From: Carcharhinus amblyrhynchos | Taxonomy: Eukaryota | Direction of reading: 5' to 3' | Length of the DNA stretch: 64,000 nucleotides | NCBI GenBank assembly: GCA_965287045.1 | Contig: OZ336885.1 | Span: 36,890,001 to 36,954,000 of the forward strand | Shown here: piece after piece, positions 1 through 13,135 of the stretch | Position numbering within the stretch: the stretch's first letter is position 1 | Layout of the letters: every line of letters begins with the position of its first letter | Notes under the pieces: generated by a model | Told to the model about the DNA's origin: nothing | Seen by the model: only the letters and a program-made list of their open reading frames with translations | Database searches by the model: none | Program-made: the position numbers and the translations under genes

Positions 1-3000
1 TTGCTCATCAATGTGTAGAAACAGCAAAGCTGTAGCACTGCTGATTTTAAGGGGTTAAAAGCTGTTGGTAAAGAGATCGTGTGCGTCATTTAGAACAGCT
101 TTGAGAGAACCAAAGCAGCTTGGCAAAAGATAGCAATGAGAATAATTTTGGTGCTGACAATGCTCTAAAGCGAAAAATAATAAAACTGTACACAAATTAC
201 ATAACACATTAGAAGTTGACTCTTCTAAACATCTTCCACTTTAACCTCAATTACTAACTTTCCTTTTGATATGTATTTATATGTTTGTAATAAAATAGGT
301 CTATAATCAAGACTTGAGCTATATTGCGCATATTCAGAAAAAAACAATAATATTCAATAGTATAAAATATTCAGACAAAAGCAATAATGTTACATAATAA
401 CGTTCAGGGCCAGCTCTATAAAGAACAATATTCCTTACGGTGATCACAAAAGTTTGGAATCATGGAAGTAAATTAAGTATGTAAATTTATTTGTACTTCA
501 ACACATTATTACTCCAAATGGGTTCTCATAACTTTTAAGATTTTAGTTTTTAAATGTATGAATTGTAATCTCAAATAAATGGATTGTCTAGCTTTGTCCT
601 GCTTTTCTGATTTATGGTTTTTATTAAGTGCTATTACTAATGTGCTTTTCACTACAGAAAGGGGGAAATGATTATGAAAAGGGATTCTCTGAGGGATGAC
701 TAAATTAGAACGTATATTACATTTATCAAGATTATATATTGCTGTAATACACCTTTTTAAATAGCAAAAATTTCAATTTGTAATATAGGACCCAATGGGC
801 TGTTTTATGAGTTGTGAAAGGATTTATTGGTTCTTCTATTTTTTTGATTATAACATTAAATCAAAGATGGGAGACCAATTGTAGAGGACACAGGAAACAC
901 CATATTGAGAAGCAAAAGCTGGGAGATGGTTCTATCATTGATAAATAATAGGCAGGATAAAATAATATTAAAGAAGATTCCTTCAGATAGATTTACAGTA
1001 AGAGTCAATCATTTCTGAACAGTAGCCAAGCTTAAGTGTGATTTTTTAAAGGAGAAAGAAAATAAAGTAATGTGCTTACAATGTAAGATTTAAAAAATGC
1101 CATCCCTATCATTTATATTCCATCGCAATTAATGGCTTCTCGTTTCTGATCCCTACTTTACAAGCTATTTACATCAATTGGCAGTATTCATAGTCAATTA
1201 TAAAACATATGATACACCCTCTAACAAATCAGTGATGTTCTTTATCATCGGTTATTATGGAATGAAAATACTGTAAGAAGCACTTGGAGTTTAAGCAAGC
1301 TAAATATAACATAATACAAAATTAAAATAAAGTCTTCTTGAAGAAAGCCTCTTTTGGGCTTCCTCAATTCTACATTCAACACATCAATAAAACATTTTGA
1401 AGTTCTATTATATCACTTGGGTGTTAAGACTAAAGGTTAATATGTTTATTTATAAAGCAGAATAGACTGATTGATCTCTAATGAGGCACTAAATTACAAA
1501 CTATTCATGTGCTGGGGCTTTCAAAATAACTGGGTTCCCATAGGAAAACCAACATGCTCAAGAAATAGTTCTTTTTTTAAAACAGTTTAACAAAATGGGG
1601 GAATGAGCAACCCTTACCATGTGGATGGAAAACTTTGGGGGTTTAGTGCTATTGTCATATAATCACAATAGATAATTTATAGTGCCAGTAAATTAAAAAT
1701 TTATTTATTGCCCCAGTATATGGCAGTTAGAATTAACAAATTCCTGCTGTCCATTTATCCTCCCACCAACTGTTGGAATCACGTTGGAAAGGAATAATCT
1801 CCTACAGCGCAAGAAACATAAGGATCACTTCAGTAGGAGGGGTGCGGGTGGGCCAGGGGAGCTTCACAATGGATCAAAAACTGGTTAAACTATCCACTCC
1901 ATTGGACCTGAAAGATCAGCAGTAAGTGTTTTTCTCTATAGTCACTGGGATGTTGGTATAGTACCAGTGCTGTGAGACATCAAAGGTTCACAAGGTTTGA
2001 AACCAGTGTACTACCAAAAACATTGGGTTAACAATTATTTACTGGACACTCCTGAGTTTTGAGTAACAATTAACCCTCAGATCATATTTATTCTGTAAAA
2101 ATATGCCAGCTTTACAAATGGGGAAGAAGGCAGTCATTTAGTTTGTTGTCCTGCACTTAGTACCAATTATAACGGTGATAAGAAGCAATTGTAACAATAT
2201 TTTGCTCTAGATCCCAGTGTCAGGAAGGACATCCTGTAAAATGAAAAAATAAACATTATGCAGAGGACTTGAATACCTCAAAGTCTGCATTTCCAACTAT
2301 TTGGGACACCAGGTTGATTATGTCAAGCTAGAGATGGTGACACTTGGAACAACCCCATTGCCACATTATCGATAACTATCAATCTTTGAAATATTGCAAT
2401 CAACGGTTTAAAGAAGAAATTAAGAAAAATAACAATATTCAATTTGTGATACGTACAAGTGTTGTACTATGGCTTTCAACAAGGATGATTAAAGCTCCCA
2501 AAATACTGACCGTAAATCTGGAAACTTGCCTGGGCATTAGATAAGTTTGTACTCTGAACTTAATAACTTTTAAAAATAAACACATATACACCAGATATGT
2601 TAACCAACAGATAGTCAATATTATCCCTGTGAAAACTTAATAACTTCACTCTCAGGTTTTAAAAAGTAGACTCAACTGTTAAAACAAACTAGTAGCATGA
2701 TGTATTTCTTGTAATAGCAATAAGATTTTTTAACTTCTATAACTGTAAAATTATTTAAGTATACACAAAAGGATTTATTTCTTAAAAGCTTTACGCGTTA
2801 ACAACTAGATGTGCAATGACTGATGATGTTGGTTAAATAAATCAAATATTTGGTGAATCAGCATAAATATTAGTTGCTGTTAAGATATCACAATTTTCTC
2901 ACAATAAGCTTGTGAGTTTGGAATGTGACTTTGTTTCGTAGTTGTATCACCAGTATCCCAGGATGTGGCAGGAAAATATCAAATACAATCCATTGATGCT

Positions 3001-3204
3001 AACTGTACTCATTAAATAATGGTCGCAGTCCACTGGACATGGGATAATGTACTATGCTTAATGGAAACCTTGTTTTCTGCTGATCATTCACCAATTACTG
3101 CTGCTCAATATAAACTTGTTGTAGCTCTTTTAATATTCTGTACCCAGTTGCTGCGTGCAAAAGAAAATGTTTCTTCTCTTTACTGAAATGATATCTACAC
3201 CCCA

Positions 3205-4395
3205 AGGGTTAAATTTTGAGGAAAGATTACACAAAGTGGGTTTATAACTTCAGAAAGTTAGGGGTGATTTAGATCATTTAAAAGCTTGTATCCATTCTGC
3301 TATTCAATGAGTTCATAGCTGACCTGCAACCTAACTCCATACACTGCCTTTGCCCCAAAACACTTAATTCTCTCAGGCCAGGATTTAGATCAGGGCTTAT
3401 GAGGAGAAACTGAGTAGACTGGGACTATACTCATTGGAATTTAGAAGAATGAGGGACAATCTTATAGAAACATATAAAATTATGAAGGGAATAGATAAAA
3501 TAGAAGCAGGGAGGTTGTTCCCACTGGTGAGTGGGAACCAGAACCAGGGGGCGTAGCCTCAAAATAAGCGGGAACAGATCTAATGACTGAGTTGAGGAAG
3601 AATCTCTTCACCCAAAGGGTTGTGAATCTACTGAAATCCTTGCTCAGTGAAGCAGTTGAGGTTACCTTATTGAATGTTTTTAAGATAAAGAAGACAGATT
3701 TATGAATAGTAAAGGAATTAAGGGTGATGGTCATTAGGCAGATAAGCGGAGCTGAATCCACAAAAAGATCAACTATGATCTCATTGAATGGCAGAGCCAT
3801 CCTGAGGGGCCAAATGGCCTATTGTTGCTCCTAGTTCTTATGTTCTTACGATTTGGTGAGGTTTTCATGATATTATGGAGAACAACCACAGTAAGTAGTG
3901 AGATTTCTGCTGGTTGGAGACTCTCACAATGGGAGGGAGCATGGTTTAAAAATTAGGGCCGGACTTCTTAGTAGTGACATTGGGACACGCTTCTACACAC
4001 AATGGATGGTGCAAATTTGGAACTCTCTTCTGCCAATAGCAATTAATGTTCCATCAGTTGTTAATTTTAAATCTGAAATTAGCTGATTTCTTTGTTAACT
4101 AAGGCTAGAATTCTCTGACCTCACCTGCAGCTGGGCTTCTCTGATCTCGCTGCTGTGAATGGAGATTTGGCTGAATACCAAATTCTCCATTCCCGCTGGC
4201 ACTGGGGGGGGGGGGGGGGGGGTTGTTGGTGGTGGTGGTGGTGGTGGAGAAGAGAGGGTGTGGGGTGGTATATCAGACTGGAGAATCCTGGCCTAAGAGA
4301 ATTAAGGGATATGGGCCAAAGGCAGTATATAGTGTTAGGTTGCTACAAACTCACTGAATGGCAGAACGGACACAATGTTTTAAATGGTCTAATCC
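3205..4395 (+). mobile_element. Nested CR1/HER1-type LINE 3' fragments (older copy interrupted by a younger CR1 at ~3390-3848 and a MITE)
   Basis: CR1 ORF2 C-terminal motifs (YEEKLSRLGLYSLEFRRMRDNLIETYKIMKGIDKIEAGRLFP...FTQRVVNL) and a CR1 3'UTR ending TTCTTATGTTCTTA. A second copy (FYTQWMVQIWNSL) resumes after it. Confidence 0.85.
4103..4293. mobile_element. PIF/Harbinger-like MITE with TAA target-site duplication, containing a G-run/(GGT)n tract
   Basis: TAA at 4100-4102 and 4294-4296. Imperfect TIRs GGCTAGAATTCTC / GAGAATCCTGGCC. The flanking CR1 3'UTR is continuous across the insertion. Confidence 0.7.
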
Positions 4396-5013
4396 TGTTT
4401 GGAAGTTTTACCAGTGTTCAAAGTGGCATGGTACAACATACACCAGTACAGTGTGCAACTTATAATGAGCGGAGATCATTCTGACACTATGATCTGGGAT
4501 GCCAAATTGGCAAAGATGCATATTCTTACAGTTAACCAGTTTATTCAGACTAGCACTTTACAGTTTCACTTCAAATCATGGCTGGGTCTTGTCTACAAAA
4601 ATGGCTGCAAAATATTTTTGGGGTGCTTCTCTTGTTATTAAAGAAGTCACAGAGAAGGGCTTCTCTCTTGAAAAGTTAAAATAACCAACGAAGTGGATCG
4701 CAGATCAGTCCGTTTATGCAAGTTTGAGTGGAAACGGGTGTGGTCCAATTCAATGAAAATTAACACGTGTAAACTAAAAATACAGTTTTTGGACCCAATA
4801 AGGGCTCTGAATGAATGGAAACAATGAGGAAAAATTGCTAAGCTGAAGTTCCCAAGATGATTAGTCAGAGTAGCCAACTTCTTGCCAGCATATTGTTCTG
4901 TGCAGCTGAATGTGAACCTTTCGGTTGACCCATTGGTAAACACAGGGCGTCACTGGAAGTGTAGAGAATTTCCCAGGTTGTGCTAGGAAACATTCATTGT
5001 GAAATTGTTGAGT

Positions 5014-5072
5014 CTAAGAAGACTGGCTTGTTGCAGTGAGTCCAGAAAGATCTTTCCTTATAATTTCATTAA
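5014..5072 (-). CDS. NFATC2: NFATC2 terminal coding exon, (V)NEIIRKDLSGLTATSQSS*
   Basis: Strong acceptor tttcttttgtttccctcttttgttgcag|TT AAT GAA ATT ATA AGG AAA. A phase-1 join to the LDD-G exon gives the NFAT C-terminal LDDVNEII motif (human NFATC2 VNEIIRKEFSG). Stop TAG at 5016-5014. Too short for the ORF track. Confidence 0.95.
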
Positions 5073-5364
5073 CTGCAACAAAAGAGGGAAACAAAAGAAA
5101 TCACATTAAATCACTTGCGCCAGTTTTGGAATGCAATTACATAGTCAAATTCACGTACTAATCATTAATAAGTACATTTCTCAATTATCAGATAAAAGCA
5201 AATCTAACATTACATGAAGTTTAAGAATAGTTGTAAATCTCACAATAAATCAAAATGAAATAAGTCACGACACAGAGACTGGCTAAAGCACTGCAAAGGT
5301 GTAAATTTAACTTTCAACAATGGCATGAAAGAAGCCATATTGGATTTGGTGTCTATTATGAATT

Positions 5365-5935
5365 CATCAGATCCATCCCATTATTAACCCCATCAGATCC
5401 ATCCCATTATTAACCCAGCTAGATCCATCCCATTATTAACCCCATCAGATCCATCCCATTATTGACTCAGCTGGATCCATCCCATTATTGACCCCATCAG
5501 ATCCATCCTATTATTGACTCAGCTAGATCCATCCCATTATTAACCCAGCACAGGTCCAACCCATTATCAACCCAGCTATATCCATCCCATTATTGACCCA
5601 GCTAGATTCATCCCATTATTGACCCCATCAGATCCATCCCATTATCAACCTTGCCCAAACCCATCCCATTATTAACCCAGCCTGGATCCATCCCATTATC
5701 AACCCGACCCAGATCCATCCCATTATCAATCCAGCCCAGATCCATCCCATTATTGATCCATCCAGATTTATCCCATTATCAACCCAGCCAAATTTATCCC
5801 ATTATCAACCCAGCCAAATTTATCCCATTATCAACCCAGCCAGATTTATCCCATGATACACCCAACCTAGGTATTTTCCATTGTACACCCAGCTCGGATA
5901 CATCCTGATACACTCTCAGCATGGATACATCTCAA
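5365..5935. repeat. Minisatellite, ~26-bp unit (CAGCTAGATCCATCCCATTATTAACC / CATCAGATCCATCCCATTATTAACCC), about 20-22 copies
   Basis: Direct tandem repetition is visible, and the units degrade toward 5935. Confidence 0.95.
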
Positions 5936-7830
5936 AGTTTTCATTTTTGTTCATCTCAACAGAAAGAGAAATGATGAACTGTCTCTACTAGGCAGTGGGT
6001 CCAAGATTATTCATTTTATACCATTGCTTAAAGTTAAAATTGCCCTTACTCTGCCTGTGCCTGGATGTTGGTTTGTGAATGATTCAAATTTATAACATAG
6101 TGCTTACAAGTCAACTTCAACCCTCCACAGGGCTTTGGATTTCAAATCATTTGCTGTCTAATATTGTCTTCTTTCTGTCAAGTGGTTATGAATATACTTT
6201 ATCTCTCCTGATCTCTGCCAAGGATGTAGCTCTTCTACATCCACTCAGATGCATATTTCAACTGTCAATCTAGATCTGAGCCCATTAATTTTATATTTCT
6301 TTCCCCTCCTTCCCCTCTTTCCTTCAGCTTTCTGTAATCCAGTTATGCCCTTTTTCATTTTTACTTTCTCAGGAACTACACTCAGGTCCTCAAAAGCTCC
6401 CATTCCGCCCACTAACTTTCACTGTTCATTTGCTGGCATCTAAGGCTTAAATACCCCTGAGATAAGTCCTTGACTAACCCCTGTGCATCTCTTGACATTC
6501 TCCATGGAGCCTGCAATTTTTGTTGTCACTTCACAAGTAGTACCCTAGTTGTCTTGCCTACCTTTGTGTTCGAGTTACCTTGAATTGACTTTCTGCCCCA
6601 GTCACTTTACCTATCTGCTGTCCTTTGGACTCTCCCATCAGATCTATGACTACCAGCCCTTTCTGTGTTCCCTTCCATAATGGCTATTCATTTGGAACAT
6701 GGGCCTTGTCTTAGCCTTGCAAACTATATCTAATGATTAATTTTGTCGAAGTAGGAGCTGAGTCATAAAAGGGGAACATTTTAATAATCAGATTTGCATT
6801 GTAGCATAGTGATTACCGACATAATAAAATTCATTCTCACATGCAGATTTTTGATGACAAAATAAAAGTATGATCCCAGGTAGGAATGAAAGCTGAACTA
6901 CAGAAATAAAATCACAATGCAAAGAAACTAAGTTGTGCGTTAGAAATTTACACTGGTGCATGCACAACGATCAAATGGCAGCATGTAATTTTATTTTTTT
7001 CAACAGACTAAATATCCAATATTTACAATTGGCTTCAGGTCATAATGTGGACACAATTCGCAACAAACACAAGCCTGATCATTCATTACTTTCCAAAATA
7101 AAGTCACCAGGTCAATTAGCCACAGAACCTTGCTTTAGAACTAAATCAAGAACATCTCCAACATCAGTGAGAAATGGAATTACATATTTAATCATTACAA
7201 AATAAACAAGGCCACATGTATTTGTAATCTTGCCAATAAGAAACTTATTGCGCGCTTATCTCAGCATTAGAGATTTTGAAATTCATAGATTAGTCAAACA
7301 GAGAAATACAAATTGGACGTTCACTACAGCGTAGCTCTACAAGACCACAGCAAGGTGGTGAAAGTTATTTTTCCATTCTATCAAATGTAGGTTTCAGCAT
7401 GTCTTTCTACAACTTCCTGCCTCATGTGTTAAACAAGGAAATGACAACTGTGAGTAAATGGAAAGTTTCGTTGCCCCCTCATTCTATTAATAGTTTGAAG
7501 GTGAAAGGTGTGGGCGGTAATCCTCAAATACCCTGTTTCCTCCTCACCTGCAATAGGTGAATGCAGGCACAACAGGCTGACTGTTGGTTCAACAGCACTT
7601 TGATGCTGCAGACTTTTTTTTAAAAAATGCTGCGTGCACAATCGTGACTGTTTTTCAGAACCATCAGAAGTTTGAGTAGATTCTATATGCTGAAGGGTTT
7701 AAATGGACCTGATGGCAAGATGGGTGTATTTGTTCGAGAACAACAATGTATGCCCAACAAAAAAAGGCAATGAACTAACTTACTGGCAGATGTCATGCTT
7801 AATGTATTAAAGGAAATGCCTTCCCATAAT

Positions 7831-7978
7831 TAGGTGCATTGACCATGCTAAATTCTTCCTCAGTTTACCCGAACAGGTGCGAGAGTGTGGCAACTAGGGG
7901 ACTTTCACAGCACCTTCATTGCAGTGTTAATGTAACCCCACTTGTGACAAATAAACAAACTTTAACTTCACTTCAAGT
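7831..7978 (+). mobile_element. HE1-like V-SINE, tail type B, 3' fragment
   Basis: Matches the 3' half of the full copies at 10027-10318 and 45908-46192 (GCTAAATTCT..CTCAGT..ACCCGAACAGG...TTCATTGCAGTGTTAATGTAA). Confidence 0.85.
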
Positions 7979-10026
7979 TAATTATTACAGGATAACACTA
8001 TTGTTGATACCTGAAGAAATAAGCACTGACGTCTTCCTATATAACAACAGTCACTGTTCATTAAAAGCATGTTGATGTGTAAAACCCTTTGAAAGATTAG
8101 GGCATGGTAGGGGATTATAAAATGCAAATGGTGTTGTTCTTTGGTTACTGGACACACATGATTCCTAGCAGAACCATTGTTAAATATTGTACAACAAAAA
8201 GTCTTCTATTGGCTAGGGGAATAAGATTCAATCGCAACACGTGCTATTTCTATTGTAATGGGTTGCCTCCTGGGAAGTTTTCATATTTCAGCTATTGCTT
8301 TTTAACAGCCTTCTAAATAAATGACTGTAATGACATAAAGTGCCATCAATTGCCCCATTCGCACATCTCTGTTCATTAATCTGGTAAACGAACAAGTGAT
8401 CCTCTCCATTCCCAGATTCCTTACATAGAGGGGCCCCAGCCTTAGCTAAGACTTACAGCAAAATTTAGGTGTTTCCTGCCAAATGGGAAATGAGAAGATG
8501 AGTCATTTGTAAGATCCACAGTTTTTGTTGTTATTCATGATCTTGGCAACAACACTGGAATATCATCAGCAGTTTACAGTGTTATAAGGAGGCAATAGTG
8601 AAGACTAATCTCAGTGAAGATTAGCAGATCAGTCCAACCATTCAGGTAGATATTACTGAATTATATTGACGCAGTTATATTGATCATATTGTGGAGATGA
8701 ACTCCCCAATACTAAAATGGTGTTGCCATGTCTTGAGAGAAACACCCCTTTGTATTGTCTGTCTTGTCCAACTCCAATTTTTGATTGGCAAAAATTTTAG
8801 ACCCAGAAAATCTTATCTGCACTGGCTCAAAAGTAATAAAAGCTAACGTACAAATCAGCAAAAGAGCAACAGCTAAAACACCTTCCCTGCTTGTGTTTCT
8901 GAGTTCCAGCATTTGCTATATAGTACCCTGTTATATGTTACTTAAAAGGGAAGTATAATCACAGATGCACACAAAGCTGACCACAATTTTCACAAGACTG
9001 ACAATTTTTAATGTTGATTTAGATCACACTTTCAGCACTGAACTCCTTAAAATAATCTTTCCGGGATTACAGTGGTGTTCAAGATGGCATTTTATGGAGC
9101 TTAACATACCCTCACTATAACTAGGACAAAACCCTGAAGCACCAATTTAATCAGGCTGGAGGGTGGGGACGCAGCAGCCTTCCCTCCTTAGTCCTGGTTA
9201 AGTTGTTGAGTTCCCACCCGACGCCAATTGAGTCACTTTTGTGGGCACTTCATGTCTACTTAAGGGCTTTACCCTGCCAATGGGCAGGTGGGGGAGTTAG
9301 CATGCCGGAAGTCCAAACAAGCAAACCTGTGCGGGCTGGGAGTGGGGAGAGTGTGGTGGATCCAGATCAAGAAAGGGAGGAGCTCACCGAGAGCCACACT
9401 ACCTGTCTTTGCCTCCAGCCCCCTCCTTCCTACTCACCCGCAACCCCACAACCCTCACCTTTCATCTGGGCTCCCTTGACAATCCTGGACCTCAGTTGAG
9501 TACATTGCTGACAGCAACCACTGTTCCCATTAGCACTGCTGAACAATGTACAATTGCTGGCCTCTGACTGGCCTGTAGCTCTTAGGGAGAAACTCCTAGG
9601 GTCTTTGATCCTGAGACAGGACCTCCACTACCCACTTAATTCGATCAGCCTTAGGAGGAGATGTGCGTTCTCACTGGCTCTCCAGCTGAGACTCTTGTCG
9701 CCAGCATTAAATACTATCTATCAAGAAGCTAAATTTTAAAACTTGGAAGGTTCTGCTGTATTTACACAATATTTGTGCTATTTGTACGTCAATATTTTGT
9801 GTACCACGAGTTCAGATATTAGCCATATTGTGTGAAATGAATGCAAAATGACAGAATTTGTGAAAGATGTGAATTGAACGTAAGTGAAGCTCTCCAATTT
9901 ATTTACCCCATATTTTCTAGAGTATTCAGAGGCGATTAACAACAATATTATCAAGTCTACTGCTACAGAGTGTGAAGATGCTTCAGAACAAGAGCAGGGT
10001 TCAGAATCATTATACTTATTAGTTTT

Positions 10027-10318
10027 AAAGTTTATTTATTAGTGTCACAAGTAGACTTACATTAACACTGCAATGAAGTTATTGTGAAAATCTCCTAGTC
10101 GCCACACTTCAGTGACTGTTCGGGCTCACTGATGGAGAATTTAGCCTGGCCAGCACATCCTTTGGACTACTGGGGGAAACCGGAGCACCCAGTGGAAACC
10201 CACACAGACACGAGGAGAACGTGCAAACTCCACACAGGCAGTGACCCGAGCCAGGAATTAAACCCGGGTCCCTGGCGCGGTTAAGCAGCAATACTGACCA
10301 CTGTGCCACCATGCCGCC
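10027..10318 (-). mobile_element. HE1-like tRNA-derived V-SINE, tail type B, full length
   Basis: Minus strand reads GGCGGCATGGTGGCACAGTGG (A box)...GGTTTAATTCC (B box), then the V-domain TGTGTGGAGTTTGCACGTTCTCC and a tail ending GTGACACTAATAAATAAAC. Confidence 0.92.
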
Positions 10319-10759
10319 TGCATTATTTACTTCAAGCTGCTGTATAGTATTAAAGAAATAATTTATCAGGATGTTTTGCTAGTTACAATTCTGTTAGAAG
10401 TTAAAACTTCAATGTGACACTTCCTGTGCTGTTGATTGTGGAAAGGATTTTTATCACTTATCTGTCCCTTATCTGATGTGGATAGATTCTGCCTACTCTA
10501 ATGCGTTTAGTATGAATTTGTGTCAAATAGTGATGCAAGCAAGCACAATTCAAATTAAGACATCAGATAAGGACTTTCCCTTTAGTATGAGGCTGGCTGC
10601 TCTAACTTTTATGATTTAATTTTAGGAACTTTCCACTTCTGTGGCTAACGGCTACCAATACCACTCTATAACTGTATACTCTGCTTGGTTTACTGATCAA
10701 TGGTTAGCTGAGAGACGGAGTCTGCTACCCAATAACCATGACATCAACATCCCCTCGTA

Positions 10760-11020
10760 AACTCATTTGAATCGGCAGAAGGTGGCCATTTGGCCCACTG
10801 AGTCTGTGCTGGTTCTCTATAGTGCAATCCAGTCTGCCCCAGTCCCCACTCTATTCGCATAGATCTGCAAGTTTCCTTCAAGCAATCATCCAATTTCCTT
10901 TTGAAATCATTGATTGTCTCCACTTCCACCATTCCTGTGGGCAGTGACTTTCAGGTCATTACACGTGCTGCATAAAAAAGTTCTTCCTCAGATTCCCCTC
11001 TGCTCTTGCCCAAAGCCTTT
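10760..11020 (-). mobile_element. CR1 LINE 3' end fragment
   Basis: Minus-strand translation VEVETINDFKRKLDDCLK followed by the CR1 3'UTR GGGCCAAATGGCC. Confidence 0.8.
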
Positions 11021-11039
11021 AATCCTGTGACAACATATA

Positions 11040-11480
11040 AAAAGTTTTTTTGAAATTTGTGAGACGTGGACATCGCTGGCTAGGCCAGCATTTTAATTGC
11101 CCATTGCTAATCGCCCTTGCAAAAGTGGTGGTGGATTGCTGTCTTACCTCACTGCAATCCATGTGGGTGTAGGTACATCCACAGTGCTGTAAGGGAAGAT
11201 GTTTCAAGATCTTGACCCAACGACAGTGAAGGAATGACAATATCTTTCCAAGTCAGGATGGTGAGAGACTTGGAGGGAAACTGCTGGGTGGTGGTGTAAC
11301 CATGTGCCTGCTGCACTCGTCTTTCTAGATGGAAATGGTCATGTGTTCAGAAGATGCTGCTGAACAAGCCTTGGTGAGTTCCTGCAGTGCATCTTGTAGA
11401 TGGCAACACACGGCTACCACTGTATGTCACTGGTGGAGGGAGTGATTGTTTGGGGGTGCCAATCAAGCATGCTGCTAGAT
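11040..11480 (-). mobile_element. Non-LTR retrotransposon 3' end (CR1/L2-superclade or RTEX-like family, here 'LINE-X')
   Basis: Same sequence family as 13895-14030, 24905-25435, 31068-31722 and 40022-40560. The 3' end is of the GGGCAAT(A)AATGCTGGCC..CCAGCGA type with an A-rich tail. Confidence 0.8.
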
Positions 11481-11789
11481 TGATTAGAGTATTCCTTTTC
11501 TGTCTGTTTAAGATCAGTAAACTAAAACTTCAAATAAGTTGGACTAGATTCTTAAAATGCAATCAAGAATATACAATTCAAGCATCTCTCACACTTACTC
11601 TGATACTTCTTGCAGAAAACTCTTTGAGTCCTATGTTAGTGCATTAGCATCAGAATTAAAATCACACATCCCTGAAGAAATAACCTTGTTAAATATTTAT
11701 AAATCATAAATGATCAAGAAACCTCTATTATTTGCATCACTGTCAAGGAAGTTGAATTAACTACAGGTAGTTAGGAAGTTGTGGATATC

Positions 11790-11928
11790 TTTGGACGTGA
11801 TCTTACTGCCTGTTCATGCCATGCTCCCACTGCAGCAAGGTCGGAGAATTTGGCATCCGGCCCAATCTCTGTTCATTCTGCTGGGATGGCAAATCCCACT
11901 AACGTGAACAGTGATAAGATTCCAGCTA
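11790..11928. mobile_element. Short Harbinger-like MITE (degenerate)
   Basis: Imperfect terminal inverted repeats (GGACGTGATCTTAC / GATAAGATTCCAGC). The interior resembles the reverse complement of 4103-4200. Confidence 0.45.
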
Positions 11929-12423
11929 TTGAGTCATGTTACTGTGACCTCATCTTATGGTTTCATTTTATTGGTTGAAGAGACAATCTCACAATATCAT
12001 TGATGAGTTTTTGTTTCTGGAGGGGAAAATCGGAAAGGAATAATTACCTCAATCTACGCTCTTGCACCTTTCTGACTGCAGTGTTAGAAACGCAAGAGGA
12101 AGCAACCCGTTTGCCTTCATGACCAAGGGAACAGTGTGTATCACATGGAGATCTAAATTAGGAAGGATATTGAGTAACTTCAACTTGGGGGCATCAAGTG
12201 AACAGAAGTTGGTGCAGGCATTTCTGAACACCGACCATTAAAACAGTGGTCCATTATGTGACAAGGCACGAAACGAAAGGGGATGTAAATCACTAAAGGG
12301 GAAATTCCCAATGTTTGAGTCTCATTTATCAAATGTCGGCAAGCTGAGAGCACTGATACAGAACTCAGAGACAGCTTTTTGGTTGGGGCATGAGGGAAAT
12401 GAGACAGGAGTAATGATTGAAAG

Positions 12424-12512
12424 TGTGTGGGGAAGTGGGTGTGTGTGTGGGGGGGGGATTTCGGTGGGGGGGGGGGGGGGGGGGGGGGGAGGTGCCGGTT
12501 GGTGGTAGTGTG
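12424..12512 (+). repeat. (GT)n / poly-G low-complexity tract
   Basis: A G run of >20 nt with flanking GTGTGTGTG and GGT repeats. It explains the poly-Pro/poly-Gly ORFs in the track. Confidence 0.9.
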
Positions 12513-13135
12513 GATGAGCGAACAGCAGAGCAGAACATTTTGTGGGCCTGGATGAGGAGTTGCATTCTTCCTTACTCCGAAAAAGGTCTTCTGGAGAATA
12601 TTTTAGCTCCTTCTCTTTTAGGCCAAGGGTCGGCCGTTCAATGCCTTTTACTAAAGGGCTGAGCATGCCCAGTCTTACACAAAACTGGTACTTGGGTCCT
12701 ACAATAGATGAAGGACCCCAATTTAAATAATGAGTTCAGGCTGTCACCTATTTTGGGCAAATTGGCATTGCTGGCAATTTTGAGCTCTATGAAAATTGTA
12801 TTGGGTGGGTCTCAAGCAGCTAATGAACAGTTGATTTTTCAGTAGGCATGATGCAATCCACTAACAAAAACAACCATTCATATTTTGTTAAAAGGAACAC
12901 AGAAATTCCACAATGGTGGTAATGAAGCTACAATACTGTAAAACTCTCTTCCACTTTTGACAAAACCAAAAGAACCATGGAATGGAAAAAGGCCATTTGG
13001 CCCAGAATTAGTTGTCTTCATAACTAACCCGAACATGGTTTTGATTTTGATTGATTAAAGTTCTGTGTAAGTAGTCAAAAGAGAAAATGCTGAAAAATCT
13101 CAGCAAGTCTGAGAGCATCTGTAAGGAGAGAAAAG

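Larger units (their letters stand above)
1..5013 (-). other. NFATC2: Probable NFATC2 3' UTR (distal end not determined; may end inside this interval or extend beyond the window)
   Basis: Lies directly downstream of the TAG at 5016-5014. AT-rich and without long ORFs. Several minus-strand AATAAA candidates (plus-strand tttatt near 620, 1700, 2774) and a TGTAAATA Pumilio-type motif at 1166-1173. The poly(A) site cannot be fixed from sequence alone. Confidence 0.5.

Noticed and set aside
700-4945. miRNA seed matches in the putative 3'UTR (e.g. TGTTTAC at 4942-4936, AGCAATA at 743-737)
   Set aside because: 7-mers are frequent by chance and the UTR extent is unknown. They are not supportable without conservation data.
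5365-5935. Regular repeat array and 85-aa repetitive ORF (5651-5908) as CRISPR or a protein gene
   Set aside because: The units are contiguous with no unique spacers, and the ORF is only the minisatellite translated.
12311-12730. Overlapping poly-Pro/poly-Gly ORFs (also 4155-4484 and 57273-57593)
   Set aside because: They are products of G-rich low-complexity tracts, with no splice or homology support.
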